Below are positions 60,539 through 64,000 of a stretch of 64,000 bases of DNA, one piece after another (position 1 is the stretch's first letter; each line of letters begins with the position of its first letter). Source of the stretch: Candidatus Heimdallarchaeota archaeon. Lineage in GTDB: Archaea; Asgardarchaeota; Heimdallarchaeia; Heimdallarchaeales; Heimdallarchaeaceae. Both the position numbers and the translations under genes were made by a program. The DNA is taken from the NCBI GenBank assembly GCA_030603365.1, contig JAUVXV010000011.1, positions 32,001 through 96,000 on the forward strand. Direction: 5' to 3'. The notes beneath the pieces were generated by a model. The model was not told the origin of the DNA. It made no database searches and saw nothing but the letters and a program-made list of their open reading frames with translations.

Positions 60539-60760
60539 ATCACTTCACCTAAAATTTCCTTTTTCTAAACTGTTAAGTGTCTTCTTGAAACTATATAAGG
60601 TTTTTTTATTAATCAAATGATAGTGTTAATTTAACGTATTAAAACCTCTAGAACCATTCTGTAACAACTATAATTTCGCTTTTAGGCAAAAGTTTCTTCG
60701 ACAATGAACTTTAAATAAAAAAAATGGAAAAGCTAATGATTTGAAGAAAGAGGTTTTTTA

Positions 60761-62167
60761 ATGAAAAAAACTAGAAAAAAAGTCTCATTAGTATTAGTTT
60801 TAGTTCTTTTAGTTCAATTCCTTACAATATCTATTCAAGCATCTCAAATACTGTATGAGCGTGGTGAATCGTCTGAAGATAACAAAATCTATTCGTATAC
60901 AATATCAAGTATATTAGAAATTGATGAAGATAATGATTTTATTTCATATGGTTTTAATGGTTCAGGAACAGAAGTAGACCCTTATCGAATTGAAAATCTA
61001 AACATTACAACATCAGAAGACCATTGTATATTTATCAATAACGTCTCAAAATATTTTGTAATCCAAAATTGTTATCTGGATAGTGGTAGAAGTGCAATTC
61101 ATCTGTATTATATAGCTCATGGAATAGGGTTAATTTTCAATAATACTTGTTGCAATAATTATGAAGCAACAGGAAGTTATGGGGAAATATACGGATACGG
61201 TATGGAAATCCAGGGTGCTCCTGGAACAACAATAATTGAAAATACTTGTTACAGTAATGATATATTCGGAATTCTAATTAGTGAATCACCGAATTCAGAA
61301 ATCCAAAATAATCATTGTTATAATAACACTGAATCAGGTATTCTTGTTTTAACTTCTGATGAAACATTGGTAGAGGATAATATTTGTCATAATAATACTC
61401 TATATGGTATAGAACTATACGGACGTTACGGTTATTCATACTGGGATACATCCAATGATTGCACAGTTAAATCCAATATATGTTATGATAATTCAGCTGG
61501 AATTTCAATGTTTGGGGTGAATAATACAATTGAAGGAAATTTATGTTATGATAATGAATATGGTATAACTATACTTAGTGATAAAAGCTTAATCCTGAGT
61601 AATACTTTGAGAAACAATGAATATGGAGCTTATCTAGATGGACGAGCTTTAGTGGTATATAATAATACGTTTGATTCCAATAATATTAATGGTGTTTATT
61701 GTTATTTGTATAGGTCAATAATTCTCTATAACACAATTAAAAATAACATAGATTATGGATTTTTATTTGAGGCAGCATTAAAAAATACAATCTACTATAA
61801 CTGTTTCACTCAAAATAATTTAGAGAGTAGTTCTCAAGCATACGACTCAAGAGATGACAATGATTGGTTTCACGAAGATTCGAAAATTGGCAACTACTGG
61901 GATGATCTTGGTGATTCAAATGAGTACCTAATAGCTGGTTCCGGAGAAGCTAAAGATGAATATCCTTTAAACTCTTGTTTCTCTGAATTAGGACCGATTC
62001 CACCAATTCCAGAAATACCAGATATATTTGAAGACATCGATAGGATCATGAAATTCATCCTAAATGTTCTTTATAGTGTTATTGGAATATCAGTTATTGT
62101 TGCAATAATTGTTGGCTTAATCGTGCTAAGAAAATATTGGAAAAGAAAAAACAAAGACAGCATTTAA
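60761..62167 (+). CDS. Secreted NosD/parallel beta-helix protein with C-terminal anchor
   Basis: GSGT..DPY.IE, beta-helix repeats, GNYWDD, TM with basic tail. Confidence 0.85.
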   Translation: MKKTRKKVSLVLVLVLLVQFLTISIQASQILYERGESSEDNKIYSYTISSILEIDEDNDFISYGFNGSGTEVDPYRIENLNITTSEDHCIFINNVSKYFVIQNCYLDSGRSAIHLYYIAHGIGLIFNNTCCNNYEATGSYGEIYGYGMEIQGAPGTTIIENTCYSNDIFGILISESPNSEIQNNHCYNNTESGILVLTSDETLVEDNICHNNTLYGIELYGRYGYSYWDTSNDCTVKSNICYDNSAGISMFGVNNTIEGNLCYDNEYGITILSDKSLILSNTLRNNEYGAYLDGRALVVYNNTFDSNNINGVYCYLYRSIILYNTIKNNIDYGFLFEAALKNTIYYNCFTQNNLESSSQAYDSRDDNDWFHEDSKIGNYWDDLGDSNEYLIAGSGEAKDEYPLNSCFSELGPIPPIPEIPDIFEDIDRIMKFILNVLYSVIGISVIVAIIVGLIVLRKYWKRKNKDSI

Positions 62168-62321
62168 TAAAAATCTAGTCTTAGCAATTTGTTTATCATT
62201 TTCCGGAATATTAATTTTTTTAAATCCATTAAGAAAAATATAAAAGGTGGTCAAAAAAGATTAATCTAATCTAGAAGATGTTCATATAATCTAGAAAGTA
62301 AAATATACAGGATGATAAATT

Positions 62322-63431
62322 TTGACAGAAAAAAGTGTTTATTTGCATTCAATTGCAACAACTGTTCCTGAGAAATACTATACTCAAAAATTCGCTCTTA
62401 AGTATATGAAAAAAATAGTCGCAGATACAGCTTATAAAAAAGTATTTCTGAATAAAGTATACAAAGGGACTGAAATCAGAAAGCGACATTCTGTTATTGA
62501 TGATTATGGAAAAGACCCCAGCGAATTCACTTTTTATCCCAAGAACAAGACACTTAGACCTGAACCTACAACTAAACAAAGAAACGATCTTTATGCAAAG
62601 GAAGCACTTAGGCTAGGAAAACAAGCTGTCGAGAAACTATTCAAAGCAAACCCTAAGTTTGACAAGAGTAAAATCTCTCATGTTATAACAGTTACATGTA
62701 CAGGTTTTGATGCTCCAGGACTTGATTATTTTATCGTTAAAGACTTCGATTTAAACCCCAGAATGGACAGATATATCCTTGGATTTATGGGATGTCAAGC
62801 TGCTATCAATGCCTTGAAGCTAGCAAAGGATTTATGCCATTCAAATCCTGAAGCACGAGTTTTGATAGTCAATGTTGAATTATGTTCAGTACATCTACAA
62901 CAACCATGGAATACAGACCAAGTTATTGCTAATGCCATCTTTGCTGATGGTATTTCTGCTGCTCTTGTTTCCAGTGTTGAAAATGACTGTGAGGGAAGTA
63001 AATTTGTCTTACATGATTTTGCTACTGAAATTGTTCCAGGTACTGAAGAAGATATGGCGTGGAATATAGGTGATACTGGATTTGGAATGAAACTTACCTT
63101 AAATGTACCAAGAGTTGTTAAAGCAAACATTGCCAGTATTCTTGAAGAGATTCTAGATAAAGCTAATAAAACTAAAGATGATATAAAAATTTGGGCAATT
63201 CATCCTGGTGGAAAAACTATTCTTACTAAATCCCAAGAAGCTTTAGACTTAACTCCTGAAGATCTTGATGCTTCATATCATGTCATGCATGAGTATGGTA
63301 ATATGAGTTCAGCGACTATCATGTTTGTATTAGAACATATTTTGAAAGACAATGAGAAAAAAGGTCTAACTTTTACAACATCTTTTGGTCCAGGAATGAC
63401 TATTGAATCTGCATTGATGGAGAAAATATAA
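62322..63431 (+). CDS. Type III polyketide synthase (chalcone/stilbene synthase family)
   Basis: GFMGC (Cys), IHPGG (His), YGNMSS (Asn), ELCS, FADG and FGPG motifs. Confidence 0.9.
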   Translation: MTEKSVYLHSIATTVPEKYYTQKFALKYMKKIVADTAYKKVFLNKVYKGTEIRKRHSVIDDYGKDPSEFTFYPKNKTLRPEPTTKQRNDLYAKEALRLGKQAVEKLFKANPKFDKSKISHVITVTCTGFDAPGLDYFIVKDFDLNPRMDRYILGFMGCQAAINALKLAKDLCHSNPEARVLIVNVELCSVHLQQPWNTDQVIANAIFADGISAALVSSVENDCEGSKFVLHDFATEIVPGTEEDMAWNIGDTGFGMKLTLNVPRVVKANIASILEEILDKANKTKDDIKIWAIHPGGKTILTKSQEALDLTPEDLDASYHVMHEYGNMSSATIMFVLEHILKDNEKKGLTFTTSFGPGMTIESALMEKI

Positions 63432-63458
63432 GAAAAACAAAGAAAAAGGAGAAAAAGA

Positions 63459-64000
63459 TTAAACCTTTATTTTCTTCCAGAATTTTTTAGCTGACTTGTT
63501 ACCACCAAATCCTAACATCCTCCCAACATATGGCCAGAGTGGATTGAAGATTGGAAGGTACATAACTATCCAATTAGCCATCTTATGCCACCAAGATGGT
63601 TTGTGATTATATTCACAATCTGAAATGCAAACAGAACAATCACCAGCATTTTCTAACCAGAACAGATAGCATGTTTCAACATTGACATACCATTTTTTAG
63701 CACCTGGATTATTACTAATACCTGTTGTTTTATAAGAAGGATATTTATCAAAGGGAATAGAGGCACTTGGACACTTCTCTGCACAGGTCATGCATGTTCT
63801 GCAGAATTTTTCTACTGATTTAGCAAATTTATAATCAGGTTTATCAAGAGCAAGAGGAATATCAGTCAGAATTTTTGCTACCCTTACCCTAGGACCATAA
63901 TCTCTAGTGATCAACAATCCATGTCTTCCCCATCCTCCCAATCCAGCTTCAACTGCTAGGGGGACCGAGATTCCTAGAGAATTTCCTGCAGGTATTGCTT
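63459..64000 (-). CDS. Reductive dehalogenase-like cobalamin/Fe-S protein, C-terminal part (runs off window)
   Basis: AVEAGLGGWGRHGLLIT..YGPRVR, FCRTCMTCAEKCP, C..FW...DCSVCISDC. Confidence 0.8.
   Translation of the reverse strand, partial: AIPAGNSLGISVPLAVEAGLGGWGRHGLLITRDYGPRVRVAKILTDIPLALDKPDYKFAKSVEKFCRTCMTCAEKCPSASIPFDKYPSYKTTGISNNPGAKKWYVNVETCYLFWLENAGDCSVCISDCEYNHKPSWWHKMANWIVMYLPIFNPLWPYVGRMLGFGGNKSAKKFWKKIKV

Noticed and set aside
2900-63130. Numerous short antisense or nested ORFs in the track (e.g. 21991..22329, 27596..28003, 40854..41039, 44819..45211, 55675..56148)
   Set aside because: They are shadows of well-supported genes on the opposite strand or frame, with no motifs of their own.

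Overview
AT-rich, gene-dense archaeal chromosome segment, most likely from an Asgard archaeon (Heimdallarchaeia-like). This assignment is inferred from TATA boxes about 25 bp before start codons, a TPR plus longin-like protein, many signal-peptide and C-terminally anchored beta-helix proteins, and a reductive dehalogenase homologue. No rRNA, tRNA, CRISPR array, integrase or transposase is visible. The first ~11 kb is a rearranged mosaic. It holds two full and two 3'-fragment copies of an M28 peptidase, a duplicated intergenic segment and a MITE-like element. It also holds five ungapped copies of a 26-bp motif between transcription units that resembles the left half of an integron attC site. 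The rest encodes metabolic and transport genes: PPi-type PFK, LplA, CopA/CopZ, GH2, TrpB2, FTCD, lysine aminotransferase, a type III PKS and a steroid 5-alpha-reductase. It also encodes three circularly permuted peptide-binding proteins and a family of zinc-ribbon membrane proteins with Cys-rich tails. Top candidates for something new: (1) a GC-rich three-way-junction RNA upstream of lat whose apical hairpin is complementary to the lat Shine-Dalgarno region, and (2) the attC-like repeat array.
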